Both the position numbers and the translations under genes were made by a program. Source: Bacteroidota bacterium (GTDB lineage: Bacteria > Bacteroidota > Bacteroidia > Palsa-965). From it: DNA of 64,000 bases. Numbering within the stretch: the first letter of the stretch is position 1; every line of letters begins with the position of its first letter. Where the stretch lies: contig JADBYT010000024.1 in the NCBI GenBank assembly GCA_020402865.1, positions 71,949 to 135,948 on the forward strand. The letters are read 5' to 3'. The notes under the pieces are model-generated. The model did not search any database. It had not been told where the DNA came from and worked only from the letters and a program-made list of their open reading frames with translations. Below, piece by piece: positions 9,759 to 19,431 of the stretch.

Positions 9759-10244
9759 TTACTTGTACTGGAGATTGTTTACCGATTCCTCAAATTCATT
9801 TTCAATAAAATCCCTCTGTGGATAATCGTCCCGGTAAATAAACCCGACATAACAATTTTCTTCATCAAGATCCAACTGTTTGATTAAGTGGTTGTAACAA
9901 AACTGCTCCGGTGGATGCTGCTCACAATATTTAAACCAGCGGCAGAATAATCTGAAGCGGTTTTCTGCCCGCCCGTCGGCATTGCTGCATATGTAGTAAA
10001 GTATTTTGTTGTTTTGACTAAACCAGTTCCTGATAATGTACGATATGGTGGAATAAACTTTCGCATCATGTGCGGGAAGCTCGGTACGGGAAATTTCAGC
10101 AAATGAAATAGTATATAAATCATTGCTGTTTGAAATTTCATTTATCAGATAATCGGATGTATGAGTAATAGATACTTTATAATATAATGATTGAGATGTG
10201 GCGAAATAATACGAATCCCCGTCGCGGATATAATCGTAATGCAT
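9759..10244 (-). CDS. Hypothetical protein (Tyr/Cys-rich, no recognised family) in a low-GC insert
   Basis: 161-aa ORF with clean ATG. Markedly AT-richer than flanking genes: sampled 60-nt windows run about 25-43% GC versus about 58% in the adjacent ABC gene. Possible Cys/His cluster 'FCRWFKYCEQHPPEQFCYNH'. Confidence 0.5.
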   Translation of the reverse strand: MHYDYIRDGDSYYFATSQSLYYKVSITHTSDYLINEISNSNDLYTISFAEISRTELPAHDAKVYSTISYIIRNWFSQNNKILYYICSNADGRAENRFRLFCRWFKYCEQHPPEQFCYNHLIKQLDLDEENCYVGFIYRDDYPQRDFIENEFEESVNNLQYK

Positions 10245-10255
10245 AAACGGGGGAA

Positions 10256-10405
10256 TTAAGCTTTGGAAGAAAGCGCAAGTTTGATCCTTTCGAAAGAATC
10301 TTTATCATAAGCAAACAAACGCTCCTTTTCCTCAATTGCTTTGCGGATTTTTTGCTGCAATTCAGGATTGGTAATTTTAACGCGTTGTAGATTAAGACTT
10401 TTCAT
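10256..10405 (-). CDS. Small hypothetical protein (49 aa), upstream partner of the 161-aa gene (not in the ORF track)
   Basis: ATG(10405)...TAA(10256) encodes 'MKSLNLQRVKITNPELQQKIRKAIEEKERLFAYDKDSFERIKLALSSKA'. Predicted helical and charged. Its stop lies 11 nt before the 161-aa gene start on the same strand, and it is likewise AT-rich. Confidence 0.35.
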   Translation of the reverse strand: MKSLNLQRVKITNPELQQKIRKAIEEKERLFAYDKDSFERIKLALSSKA

Positions 10406-10429
10406 TTGTCTTTAGTTTACTATACATCA

Positions 10430-10437
10430 CAAATTTA
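10430..10437 (-). promoter_or_regulatory. Candidate Bacteroidetes -7 promoter element (TAaaTTTG on the minus strand) upstream of the 49-aa/161-aa gene pair
   Basis: The minus strand reads 'TAAATTTG' 25 nt upstream of the 49-aa ORF ATG. No clear -33 TTG at canonical spacing. Confidence 0.3.
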
Positions 10438-10532
10438 CATCAAGAAATACCTGTTCTTACACGATAGATTAACATATTTTCTAAGTTTTTGATTATGAGT
10501 ATATTAAATCGGGAGCAGGTTCGCTTTACGGC

Positions 10533-11303
10533 TTACTGCAAGTTTTGCGGCTGTTGCGGCATTCCAGTTCCCCATTGCCCGTATCCGCTGCGGTTTACGC
10601 GTTCGGCCAGCTCGTCTTCAAACGTCACCATTTTTTTGAGTACCGTGCTCAGCACGGCGAGCGCAGCAAGATAAAATACAGCCGCTATTCCGTTAATAAT
10701 CAATGATGTTTGCATGGATTCCTGCATCATTTGCTGCGTATCGAAGGTTTGAAAACGACGGATTTGCCCCATTTGGTCAAAAGTGCGGTTCATCGCAATA
10801 ACGGCGCCCACTATAGCCACAGCCACGCCGCCCATCCATATACCCCACCAGAGATTTACCGGTTTTTGCGGTTCGTGGGCATACTGCTCACCGTCGGCAC
10901 GCATGGCACGCTGGGTTTTGTTCCAGATTTCGGCAATCATCTGAAACGGGCGTACGAAGTTGAGAAACGGAACAAACCAGCCGCCAATGGTCCAGCCCAG
11001 CGCATAATCGGGCAGGGCAGGGTTTATGCGTTGCAGGTTTTCATAGGCCCGGTACATCCAGATCAGAAACAGAATGGGAAACACCAGTCCGGCCAGCCCG
11101 GTAACAAGACTGATGATTCCAGAGGTTAGAACCATGCCCAGATTATCGCGCACCGACATGGGGTCGGTAGCGATGCGGCTCATTGTGGAAGTCATGATCC
11201 ATTGCAGGGGCAGATTGATGATGTAGGCGGCAAACAACATCCAGAGTGTAATGCGCAGGTAGCGGTGCAGTTTCTGGTTTGGGTGAAGTTTGATGTAGTA
11301 CAT
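10533..11303 (-). CDS. DUF4328-like integral membrane protein
   Basis: Multiple TM helices. Motif 'GGWFVPFLNFVRPFQMIAEIWN' is typical of the Bacteroidetes DUF4328 family. Confidence 0.6.
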   Translation of the reverse strand: MYYIKLHPNQKLHRYLRITLWMLFAAYIINLPLQWIMTSTMSRIATDPMSVRDNLGMVLTSGIISLVTGLAGLVFPILFLIWMYRAYENLQRINPALPDYALGWTIGGWFVPFLNFVRPFQMIAEIWNKTQRAMRADGEQYAHEPQKPVNLWWGIWMGGVAVAIVGAVIAMNRTFDQMGQIRRFQTFDTQQMMQESMQTSLIINGIAAVFYLAALAVLSTVLKKMVTFEDELAERVNRSGYGQWGTGMPQQPQNLQ

Positions 11304-11305
11304 GG

Positions 11306-11968
11306 CTATGCGGGTGTTTCTGTTTTGGGAGTGGATGTGAGGTGTGGATATACCAATTTTTCAAGCCTAAAATATTGAAATAGGGTGATAATGCCTCCTG
11401 TAAAGCCCAAAATGGCTGCAAGCACCTGTGTCATGTAAACAATTACACTCATCTCCACGCGATAATTTTCGTAAACCCGGATCATGATAAAGCCAAACAA
11501 CTGAAGGGTTACAAAAAATGAAAAGCCAATTTGCCAGAGCATAATCGGATATGCTCTGGCGTTGTAATTCATACCGTATGGGAGTTTGGAAATGAGCAAC
11601 TGACGGCAGATTCTAAATTGCCGGAACGGGAAAAATAAGTTGAACAGCGGTATATACCAGCTTGCCGCAGCCAGTGAGGGGTTTATCCGCCTCTCGTCTT
11701 TAAAAGCGGTGGTTACATTCTTTGTGATGCGGAACATCCAGATGCCCACAAAAATGGCCGAAAGAAGCACCGAAAAAAACAAAAAAGCCACTACTGATGC
11801 TGTGATAGTCCGAAGAAAATTGGGGAGCTGCTGTTCGCTTTCCTGCACATATTGGCCAATAAAGTAACTGGATACAGCGATGAAAAGGGAGAAAAATAAA
11901 CCCGCGCCCAGACACAGCATTAATGCAACAGTAATTGCTTTAGCCGGAGAAACAGGCTTTTTCTGCAT
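11306..11968 (-). CDS. DUF4328-like integral membrane protein (tandem paralog)
   Basis: Same architecture and motif 'SWYIPLFNLFFPFRQFRICRQL'. Separated by 2 nt from the downstream paralog. Confidence 0.6.
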   Translation of the reverse strand: MQKKPVSPAKAITVALMLCLGAGLFFSLFIAVSSYFIGQYVQESEQQLPNFLRTITASVVAFLFFSVLLSAIFVGIWMFRITKNVTTAFKDERRINPSLAAASWYIPLFNLFFPFRQFRICRQLLISKLPYGMNYNARAYPIMLWQIGFSFFVTLQLFGFIMIRVYENYRVEMSVIVYMTQVLAAILGFTGGIITLFQYFRLEKLVYPHLTSTPKTETPA

Positions 11969-12148
11969 GATAAAAACGGGTAGCTGAGGTTAGAAACAAA
12001 GCACAAAAATACACAAATCAGGTTACGTGGCGCAGCGATTCGGGGATTAATTCGCGATGTTAAAAAAATGTGTGAATCCCTCACCAGTTAAGGGAGGCAG
12101 GGGAGTTGAATTCGTCTATCTTCGCGTGATTTTTATACGGCTCACACC

Positions 12149-14968
12149 ATGCCCAAAGACAACAGCATCAAATCCGTCCTCATTATCGGCAGCGGACCGA
12201 TCATTATCGGCCAGGCCTGCGAATTCGATTATTCCGGTTCACAGGCAGCGCGCTCACTCAAGCAGGAAGGCATCGAGGTAACGCTTATTAACAGCAACCC
12301 GGCCACCATTATGACTGATAAAGTGACGGCTGATCACATTTACCTTTTACCGCTCACTTCCCAGTCGATTGTGAAAATTCTGGAAGAGCGTAAAATTGAT
12401 GCTGTGCTGCCTACTATGGGCGGGCAGACTGCCCTCAACCTCGCCATGAAGTGCGATGAACTGGGCATCTGGAAAAAGTACAATGTGCGCATGATTGGTG
12501 TGGACATTGAAGCCATTAAAGTAACCGAAGACCGCGATCTTTTCCGCGAGCGTATGGAGAGCATCAACATTGGCATGGCTCCCTCGCGTATCGCCAAATC
12601 ATTCCTCGAAGGCAAAGCCATTGCGCAGGAATTTGGTTTCCCGCTGGTAATCCGTCCTTCATTTACACTTGGCGGCAGCGGTGGTGCGGTGGTATATCAG
12701 AAAGAAGATTTTGATAAAGCTCTCAATCGCGGCCTGCAAACTTCGCCCATTCACGAAGTACTGATTGATAAAGCAGTGCTGGGCTGGAAAGAATTTGAGC
12801 TTGAACTGCTGCGCGATGCAAACGACAATGTGTGCATCATCTGCTCCATCGAAAACTTCGACCCGATGGGCGTACACACCGGCGACTCCATTACCGTTGC
12901 ACCGGCCATGACGCTTTCTGATACCACCTTCCAGAAAATGCGCACCATGGCCATTAAAATGATGCGCTCCATCGGAAACTTTGCCGGAGGCTGTAACGTG
13001 CAGTTTGCAGTGAGCCCCGACAATGCCGAAGATATCATCGCCATCGAAATTAACCCGCGTGTGTCGCGCTCGTCGGCACTGGCTTCAAAAGCTACCGGCT
13101 ATCCGATTGCGAAAATAGCTTCCAAGCTGGCCATCGGCTATCAGCTGGATGAGCTGGTGAATCAGATTACCATGAGCTCCTCGGCTTACTTCGAGCCTAC
13201 GCTTGATTACGTTATTGTAAAAATTCCCCGCTGGAATTTCGACAAGTTCAAAGGCGCCAACCGCGAACTTGGTTTCCAGATGAAATCGGTAGGCGAGGTA
13301 ATGGGCATTGGACGCAGCTTTCAGGAAGCCCTTCAGAAAGCCGCGCAAAGCCTCGAAATTAAACGCAACGGCCTCGGTGCCGACGGAAAAGAAATTACCA
13401 ACCAGCAGGAACTGCTCAACGCACTTGAGCGCCCGTCGTGGAATCGTCTCTTTATGATTTACGATGCCATCAAGCTGGGTATTTCCGTAAAAACCATTCA
13501 GAAGCTTACCCGCATCGACATCTGGTTCCTCAACCAGATCGAAGAACTCATTGCGCTCGAACGCGAAATTGAAAAACATTCGCTCACCAGCATTCCCCGC
13601 GAACTGATGTGGGAAGCCAAGCAGAAAGGCTATGCCGACAGGCAGATTGCTCACCTGTTGCGCTGTCTCGAAAGCGATGTGTTCAAGAAACGCTACGAGG
13701 ATATGAATATCCGCCGCGTATATAAACTCGTTGATACCTGCGCGGCCGAGTTTGAAGCGCAGACACCGTATTATTATTCCACTTTCGAAACCGAAAACGA
13801 GTCGGTGCGCTCTGATAAAAAGAAAGTGGTGGTGCTCGGCTCTGGGCCTAACCGTATTGGTCAGGGCATTGAGTTTGACTACTCCTGCGTACACGGCGTG
13901 CTTGCGGCAAAAGAATGCGGATACGAAACCATCATGATTAACTGTAATCCTGAAACGGTTTCTACCGACTTCAACGTGTCGGACAAACTCTATTTCGAGC
14001 CGGTGTTCTGGGAACACATCTATGAAATTATTCTGCACGAAAATCCGGAAGGTGTAATTGTGCAGCTTGGCGGACAAACAGCACTCAAGCTGGCTGAGAA
14101 ACTTGAACGCTACGGCATCAAAATCATTGGCACCGACTACAAATCGCTTGATCTTGCCGAAGACCGAGGCAGCTTCTCCTCGCTCCTGCGCGATAACAAT
14201 ATTCCTTACCCGAAATTCGGTGTAATTGAAGATGCCGATCAGGCGCTTGAACTCAGCCGCGAACTTGGTTTCCCGCTGCTTGTGCGTCCGTCGTATGTAC
14301 TGGGCGGACAGAGCATGAAAATTGTAATCAACGAGCAGGAACTTGAGCAGCACGTGGTAAAACTGCTCAACGATATTCCCGGCAACAAAGTGCTGCTCGA
14401 TCACTTCCTCGAAAATGCAATTGAAGCAGAAGCTGATGCTATCTGCGATGGTGAAAATGTATATATCATCGGTATTATGGAACACATCGAGCCTGCGGGT
14501 ATTCACTCCGGCGACTCGTATGCCGTACTGCCGCCGTTCGATCTTTCAGAAAAGGTGATGAAGCAGATTGAAGAACACACCCGCACCATTGCACTTGCGC
14601 TGAACACGGTAGGGCTGCTCAATATTCAGTTTGCAGTGAAAAACGAAATCGTATATGTGATTGAAGCCAACCCGCGCGCCTCACGTACCGTGCCGTTTAT
14701 CGCAAAAGCCTATGATGAGCCGTATGTGAATTATGCTACCAAACTCATGCTCGGCGCGAAGAAAGTAACCGACTTTACCTTCAATCCGCGCAAGAAAGGC
14801 TATGCAATAAAAATTCCGGTGTTCTCTTACGAGAAATTCCCCGATGTGCAGAAAGAACTTGGGCCTGAAATGAAATCAACCGGTGAAGCCATTTACTTCA
14901 TTGATAATTTGCAGGATGAGTTCTTCCATCAGATCTACTCCGAACGAAATCTTTACCTGAGTAAATAA
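12149..14968 (+). CDS. carB: Carbamoyl-phosphate synthase large subunit
   Basis: N-terminus 'SVLIIGSGPIIIGQACEFDYSGSQAARSLKQEGIEVTLINSNPATIMTD'. Two ATP-grasp halves: a second 'KVVVLGSGPNRIGQGIEFDYSCVHGVLAAKECGYETIMINCNPETVSTD'. Length 939 aa. Confidence 0.95.
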   Translation: MPKDNSIKSVLIIGSGPIIIGQACEFDYSGSQAARSLKQEGIEVTLINSNPATIMTDKVTADHIYLLPLTSQSIVKILEERKIDAVLPTMGGQTALNLAMKCDELGIWKKYNVRMIGVDIEAIKVTEDRDLFRERMESINIGMAPSRIAKSFLEGKAIAQEFGFPLVIRPSFTLGGSGGAVVYQKEDFDKALNRGLQTSPIHEVLIDKAVLGWKEFELELLRDANDNVCIICSIENFDPMGVHTGDSITVAPAMTLSDTTFQKMRTMAIKMMRSIGNFAGGCNVQFAVSPDNAEDIIAIEINPRVSRSSALASKATGYPIAKIASKLAIGYQLDELVNQITMSSSAYFEPTLDYVIVKIPRWNFDKFKGANRELGFQMKSVGEVMGIGRSFQEALQKAAQSLEIKRNGLGADGKEITNQQELLNALERPSWNRLFMIYDAIKLGISVKTIQKLTRIDIWFLNQIEELIALEREIEKHSLTSIPRELMWEAKQKGYADRQIAHLLRCLESDVFKKRYEDMNIRRVYKLVDTCAAEFEAQTPYYYSTFETENESVRSDKKKVVVLGSGPNRIGQGIEFDYSCVHGVLAAKECGYETIMINCNPETVSTDFNVSDKLYFEPVFWEHIYEIILHENPEGVIVQLGGQTALKLAEKLERYGIKIIGTDYKSLDLAEDRGSFSSLLRDNNIPYPKFGVIEDADQALELSRELGFPLLVRPSYVLGGQSMKIVINEQELEQHVVKLLNDIPGNKVLLDHFLENAIEAEADAICDGENVYIIGIMEHIEPAGIHSGDSYAVLPPFDLSEKVMKQIEEHTRTIALALNTVGLLNIQFAVKNEIVYVIEANPRASRTVPFIAKAYDEPYVNYATKLMLGAKKVTDFTFNPRKKGYAIKIPVFSYEKFPDVQKELGPEMKSTGEAIYFIDNLQDEFFHQIYSERNLYLSK

Positions 14969-14993
14969 CTTTAGAGGCGCTAAGTCACCAACA

Positions 14994-15028
14994 AAAACAC
15001 CCCGGCCAAAATCAGGCCGGGGTGTTTT
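14994..15028. terminator. Bidirectional rho-independent terminator between convergent carB and leuB
   Basis: Perfect 14-bp stem 'AAAACACCCCGGCC-aaaauca-GGCCGGGGUGUUUU' with A-tract and U-tract on both sides. Confidence 0.8.
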
Positions 15029-15072
15029 GATTTCAAATTCTAATTGCCTCTCAGGCAACGCATCGCCCGTCA

Positions 15073-16173
15073 TCAAATCATTGTTTCTGCGGGCGAAAAA
15101 AGTTCGTGACCTACTTCCACCTGTCCGTTTTCTTCGATGTGCAGTGCAAGCAGATCGCCGGTGCGGGAGCAGGAGAGATATTGATTTGGATCGAGATCAG
15201 CTGTAACTACACCATTCTTAAACGACCATTCAATTGCATCTTCAATTGCGTTTGCCGCTTTTGTTTCGCCCAGTTTGCGAAGCAGCATGGCTGCAGAAAG
15301 TATGGCCGCCACCGGATTGGCAATATCTTTTCCGGCGGCTTCGGGATAAGAGCCGTGAACGGGTTCGTAAAGCGATGTATGTTCACCTTCCGAAGCCGAT
15401 GGTAAAATGCCCAGTGAACCGGCCAGCATGGACGCTTCATCGGAAAGTATATCGCCAAACATGTTTTCCGTGAGCATCACATCGAAGTGCGAAGGATTAC
15501 GAATCAGTTGCATGGCGGCATTGTCCACATACATGAATTCCAGTTTCACTTCGGGATAATTGGCGGCTTCGGCCTTTACTACTTCGCGCCAGAGTTGTGA
15601 GGTGTCGAGCACATTGGCTTTATCAACCAGCGTAAGTTTTTTTCTGCGACGCAGCGCAAGCTCAAATGCTTTTCGTGCAATACGGCTTATTTCGTGTCGG
15701 CTGTACTGGCAGGTGTCGAAAGCCGTTTCGCCATCGTTGCCGCGTTTGCCGTAGTATAGTCCGCCGGTTAGTTCGCGCAGTATTATCATATCCACACCTT
15801 CGAGCACTTCCGGCCGGAAGGGGGTGAGAGAAGCCAGCGCCGGATTTGTTTTTACCGGCCGGATATTGGCAAACAGTTCCAGCATTTTCCGCAGTTCAAG
15901 CAAGCCCTGTTCCGGCCGCACGGCGGTTTGCGCAAAGTCGGGATGGCCTACAGCGCCAAGTAAAATCGCATCGGCATTGAAGCAAAGCGATTTTGTGTGT
16001 TCCGGCAACGGCTCACCGTATGCACGAATGGCTGCCGCGCCAATTATCCCTTCCGCAAATTCAATCGTAAAATCAAACCGGCGTGCAGCAGCATGCAAAC
16101 ATTTTACGGCCTGGGCAATAACTTCGGGACCAATGCCGTCGCCGGGCAAAAGTGTGATCTGGTAGTTTTTCAT
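15073..16173 (-). CDS. leuB: 3-isopropylmalate dehydrogenase
   Basis: 'MKNYQITLLPGDGIGPEV', 'NMFGDILSDEASMLAGSLG'. Overlaps leuD by 4 nt. Confidence 0.92.
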   Translation of the reverse strand: MKNYQITLLPGDGIGPEVIAQAVKCLHAAARRFDFTIEFAEGIIGAAAIRAYGEPLPEHTKSLCFNADAILLGAVGHPDFAQTAVRPEQGLLELRKMLELFANIRPVKTNPALASLTPFRPEVLEGVDMIILRELTGGLYYGKRGNDGETAFDTCQYSRHEISRIARKAFELALRRRKKLTLVDKANVLDTSQLWREVVKAEAANYPEVKLEFMYVDNAAMQLIRNPSHFDVMLTENMFGDILSDEASMLAGSLGILPSASEGEHTSLYEPVHGSYPEAAGKDIANPVAAILSAAMLLRKLGETKAANAIEDAIEWSFKNGVVTADLDPNQYLSCSRTGDLLALHIEENGQVEVGHELFSPAETMI

Positions 16174-16760
16174 AAGCTGTAATTGAAACGGTGCTCCTTT
16201 TCAAACGCGGCAATTACTGACCGGTGAGCAATGAGAAAATCGGTTTCCTGAAATCCATCCAGTAAACATTGCCGGTGATAGCTGTCGATAGTAAACGATT
16301 CAGTCAGCTCAGCCGATTCAATTTTTATGGTTTGTTGCAGCAGATCAACGGTAATGCCGGGCGCGGGTGTTTGCCTGATTTTTTCAAGAAATGAATTGGT
16401 CACGGTAACTGGTAAAATTCCGTTTTGCAAAGCATTGTTTTTGAAAATATCGGCAAACGATTCGGCAATGATAACCCTGAAACCTGCGTCGCGAATGGCC
16501 CATACGGCATGTTCGCGACTGGATCCACAGCCGAAATTTTTACCCGCTGCCAGAATCTGTTCAGTACCTTTTGCTTTATTCAGCGGAAAATTTGCTATTT
16601 CATTTCCCTGTGCATCATAGCGCAGATCGTGAAAAAGTGCATCGGCAAAACCGGTTGATGAAGTACGTTTCAGAAAGCGCGAAGGGATGATCTGATCTGT
16701 ATCTACATCATCAGCTGTGAGAATTACCGGCAGCGATGTAAGTGTGGTGAATTTTTTCAT
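16170..16760 (-). CDS. leuD: 3-isopropylmalate dehydratase small subunit
   Basis: 'FTTLTSLPVILTADDVDTDQIIPSRFLK' LeuD signature. ATG at 16760 overlaps the leuC stop in an ATGA arrangement; the track ORF extends to 16796. Confidence 0.9.
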   Translation of the reverse strand: MKKFTTLTSLPVILTADDVDTDQIIPSRFLKRTSSTGFADALFHDLRYDAQGNEIANFPLNKAKGTEQILAAGKNFGCGSSREHAVWAIRDAGFRVIIAESFADIFKNNALQNGILPVTVTNSFLEKIRQTPAPGITVDLLQQTIKIESAELTESFTIDSYHRQCLLDGFQETDFLIAHRSVIAAFEKEHRFNYSL

Positions 16761-18142
16761 ACGTGTGCAGGCATTTTTCTCACATCGGTAATACATCCGT
16801 GAATTGCCGCCGCTGCCGCCATTGCGGGAGAGGCGAGAATGGTGCGGGCTCCGGGGCCTTGCCGGCCTTCAAAATTTCGGTTGCCGGTTGAAACGCAGTA
16901 GCTTCCGGCCGGAATTTTATCTTCGTTCATACCAAGGCAGGCCGAGCAGCCGGGTTCGCGAAATTCAAATCCAGCCTGCCTGAATATTTCGGCAAGACCT
17001 TCTTCCACGGCTTGCTGTTCCACAAGTTTTGAACCCGGCACCACCCAGGCCGTTACGCCCGGTGCAATTTTCCGTCCGCGAACAATACGGGCCGCCTCTC
17101 TTAAATCGCTGATGCGGCCATTGGTGCAGCTTCCGATAAACACATAATCAATTTTTTTTCCGTCGAGCTTTTCACCAGCCCGGAATTGCATGTACGAAAG
17201 CGCCTGTTCAATATCGCTGCCAGCCGGGATTTGTTCGTGAATACCTGTTGCCTGTGCCGGACTGGTACCGTAAGTAACCATTGGCTGAATAAGTTCGGCC
17301 TGAAAATAATACGTGGTATCAAACACGGCCTGCTCATCAGTATATAATGTTTCCCAATACGCTGCGGCTTTTTCTAATGCTTCGTCCTTGAGCGAATACA
17401 GCCGGTTTTTCATGTAGGCGAATGTAGTTTCATCGGGCGCCATCATACCACCACGTGCACCCATTTCAATACTCATGTTGCAAACGGTCATACGCTCTTC
17501 CATGTTCATCTTCGTAAAAACATCGCCTGTATATTCCACGAAATGCTCTTTTCCGCCGTTGGCACCAAGTTGTGCAATAATGTAAAGAATCACATCTTTT
17601 GCCGAAACACCTGGTTGCAAAACGCCATTTACCTCTATTCGCATGCGTTTGGGCTTTCGCATCAGCAGGCATTGCGAAAGCATTACCTGTTCTACCTGCG
17701 AGGTGCCAATACCAAAGGCCACCGCGCCAAATGCGCCGTGCGTGGATGTATGACTGTCGCCGCACACAATGGTCATTCCCGGGCGTGTAATGCCAAGCTC
17801 AGGTCCGATTACATGCACAATACCCTGATGCGGATGCGCAAGATTGAAGCAGGGGATGCCGTGAGCCGCACAGTTCTTTTCAAGCAAAGCCAGCTGTTCT
17901 GCCGATTGCGGATCCTTTACCGGTAAATGACGGTTTTGTGTGGGTACATTATGATCGGCAGTGGCGGTAATACGTTCGGGGAACAGGATCGGTAAACCTC
18001 TTGCCTCCAGGTTATGAAATGCCTGCGGACTGGTTACTTCATGAATGAAATGACGATCGATAAAAAGCAAATCGAAACCATTTTCGAGATGAGTTACCAC
18101 ATGCCGGTTCCAGATTTTATCAAAAAGAGTATCAGCAGACAT
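16757..18142 (-). CDS. leuC: 3-isopropylmalate dehydratase large subunit
   Basis: Aconitase-family motifs '[18 protein letters not shown]', '[11 protein letters not shown]', 'GCSACLGMN'. N-terminus '[16 protein letters not shown]'. Confidence 0.93.
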   Translation of the reverse strand: MSADTLFDKIWNRHVVTHLENGFDLLFIDRHFIHEVTSPQAFHNLEARGLPILFPERITATADHNVPTQNRHLPVKDPQSAEQLALLEKNCAAHGIPCFNLAHPHQGIVHVIGPELGITRPGMTIVCGDSHTSTHGAFGAVAFGIGTSQVEQVMLSQCLLMRKPKRMRIEVNGVLQPGVSAKDVILYIIAQLGANGGKEHFVEYTGDVFTKMNMEERMTVCNMSIEMGARGGMMAPDETTFAYMKNRLYSLKDEALEKAAAYWETLYTDEQAVFDTTYYFQAELIQPMVTYGTSPAQATGIHEQIPAGSDIEQALSYMQFRAGEKLDGKKIDYVFIGSCTNGRISDLREAARIVRGRKIAPGVTAWVVPGSKLVEQQAVEEGLAEIFRQAGFEFREPGCSACLGMNEDKIPAGSYCVSTGNRNFEGRQGPGARTILASPAMAAAAAIHGCITDVRKMPAHV

Positions 18143-19331
18143 ACACAGCGGCGAGGTTTAGTAAATCATTATCGTTTATTTCCTTTTTCTGATCGGCCAG
18201 CGCAATGAAGCGTTGGTAAAACTCATTCAGTATTTCGCCTTCAAGCACAATGCCCAGTTTTTCGGCACGATAGCGCAGGGCGGCTCTTCCGCTGCGTGCG
18301 GTAAGCACAATGGAATTGGTGAGAACACCTACTTCTTCCGGCGAAATAATTTCGTAGGTTTCACGGTGTTTGATCACACCATCCTGATGAATACCTGATG
18401 AATGCACAAATGCGTTGGCTCCAACAATGGCTTTGTTGGCCTGCACAGGCATATTCATCTTCTCAGAAATAAGATTACTCACCGCATTGAGTTTGCTGGT
18501 TACAATATTTGTGCAAAGCGGAATGTGTTTATGCTGGTGAAGTATCATTACAATTTCTTCAAGCGATGCATTGCCTGCACGTTCGCCAATTCCGTTTATG
18601 GTACATTCTACCTGTCGTGCTCCGTGAAGAATACCGGCCAGTGAGTTTGCAGTAGCAAGACCGAGGTCATTGTGGCAGTGTGTGGATAGAATGGCCTTGT
18701 CGATGTTGGGCACATGATGCTTGAGAAAGCTGATTTTCTGGCCGTATTGTTCGGGCAAACAATAACCGGTTGTGTCAGGAATATTTACTACCGTAGCCCC
18801 TGCATGAATTACAGCTTCCACCACACGGGCAAGAAATTCATTGTCGGTACGCCCGGCATCTTCCGCATAAAACTCTACATCATCCGTAAATTTCCGGGCA
18901 TATTTTACAGCGGCAACTGCACGGCTGATAATATTTTCGGGCGTGTCGTTGAGCTTGTAGCGAATATGGTATTCGGAAGTACCAATGCCCGTGTGTATGC
19001 GTCCGCGTTCAGCATTACGAATTGCTTCAGCGGCAAGATCAATATCACTGAATACGGCTCTTGTGAGTGCGCAGATGACAGGTTTGCGCACATTGGCTGC
19101 AATTTCCTGTACAGCCCTCAAATCGCCGGGGCTTGAGGCCGGAAAACCGGCTTCAATAATATCTACGCCCAGCGCTTCAAGTTGTAGCGCAATTTCGACT
19201 TTCTCCCCCGCATTCAGTTTACAACCCGGAGATTGTTCGCCGTCGCGGAGTGTGGTATCGAAAATTTGTACATATTCGTTTTTCATACTTTTGAAGTCCA
19301 TTTCAGCCACAAAGAAAAATTCACAATACAC
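18132..19331 (-). CDS. leuA: 2-isopropylmalate synthase family protein, short form lacking the C-terminal LeuA regulatory domain (IPMS/citramalate synthase type)
   Basis: '[14 protein letters not shown]' and '[17 protein letters not shown]' (DRE-TIM metallolyase). About 385-399 aa, with no roughly 100-aa C-terminal LeuA dimerisation/allosteric domain. The track start at 19331 is a GTG; the likely true start is ATG 19286 ('[18 protein letters not shown]') or 19301. Confidence 0.85.
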   Translation of the reverse strand: MYCEFFFVAEMDFKSMKNEYVQIFDTTLRDGEQSPGCKLNAGEKVEIALQLEALGVDIIEAGFPASSPGDLRAVQEIAANVRKPVICALTRAVFSDIDLAAEAIRNAERGRIHTGIGTSEYHIRYKLNDTPENIISRAVAAVKYARKFTDDVEFYAEDAGRTDNEFLARVVEAVIHAGATVVNIPDTTGYCLPEQYGQKISFLKHHVPNIDKAILSTHCHNDLGLATANSLAGILHGARQVECTINGIGERAGNASLEEIVMILHQHKHIPLCTNIVTSKLNAVSNLISEKMNMPVQANKAIVGANAFVHSSGIHQDGVIKHRETYEIISPEEVGVLTNSIVLTARSGRAALRYRAEKLGIVLEGEILNEFYQRFIALADQKKEINDNDLLNLAAVYVC

Positions 19332-19338
19332 CTTGCAG

Positions 19339-19420
19339 AAAACTCATTTTCAGCAACTATGTTTATCTCCACTCCTGTGGTAATGGTCTTAAAGTGCTGA
19401 AAATGAGTTTTTTGTTTTGT
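19339..19420. terminator. Large stem-loop (16-bp perfect stem) with a U-tract on the plus strand, in the leuA / 514-aa-gene divergent intergenic region; function uncertain (attenuator or terminator-like)
   Basis: 'AAAACUCAUUUUCAGC' (19339-19354) pairs perfectly with 'GCUGAAAAUGAGUUUU' (19396-19411), followed on the plus strand by 'UUGUUUUGUUCUG'. The run ends 12 nt before the ATG at 19432. Confidence 0.35.
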
Positions 19421-19431
19421 TCTGAAATACA

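Noticed and set aside
10489-10674. 61-aa plus-strand ORF with Cys-rich product
   Set aside because: It overlaps the 3' end of the DUF4328 gene on the opposite strand and has an implausible composition.
13085-14506. 473-aa minus-strand ORF antisense to carB
   Set aside because: It lies entirely inside the strongly supported carB CDS. Its translation is low-complexity with no motifs, which is typical of an open antisense frame.
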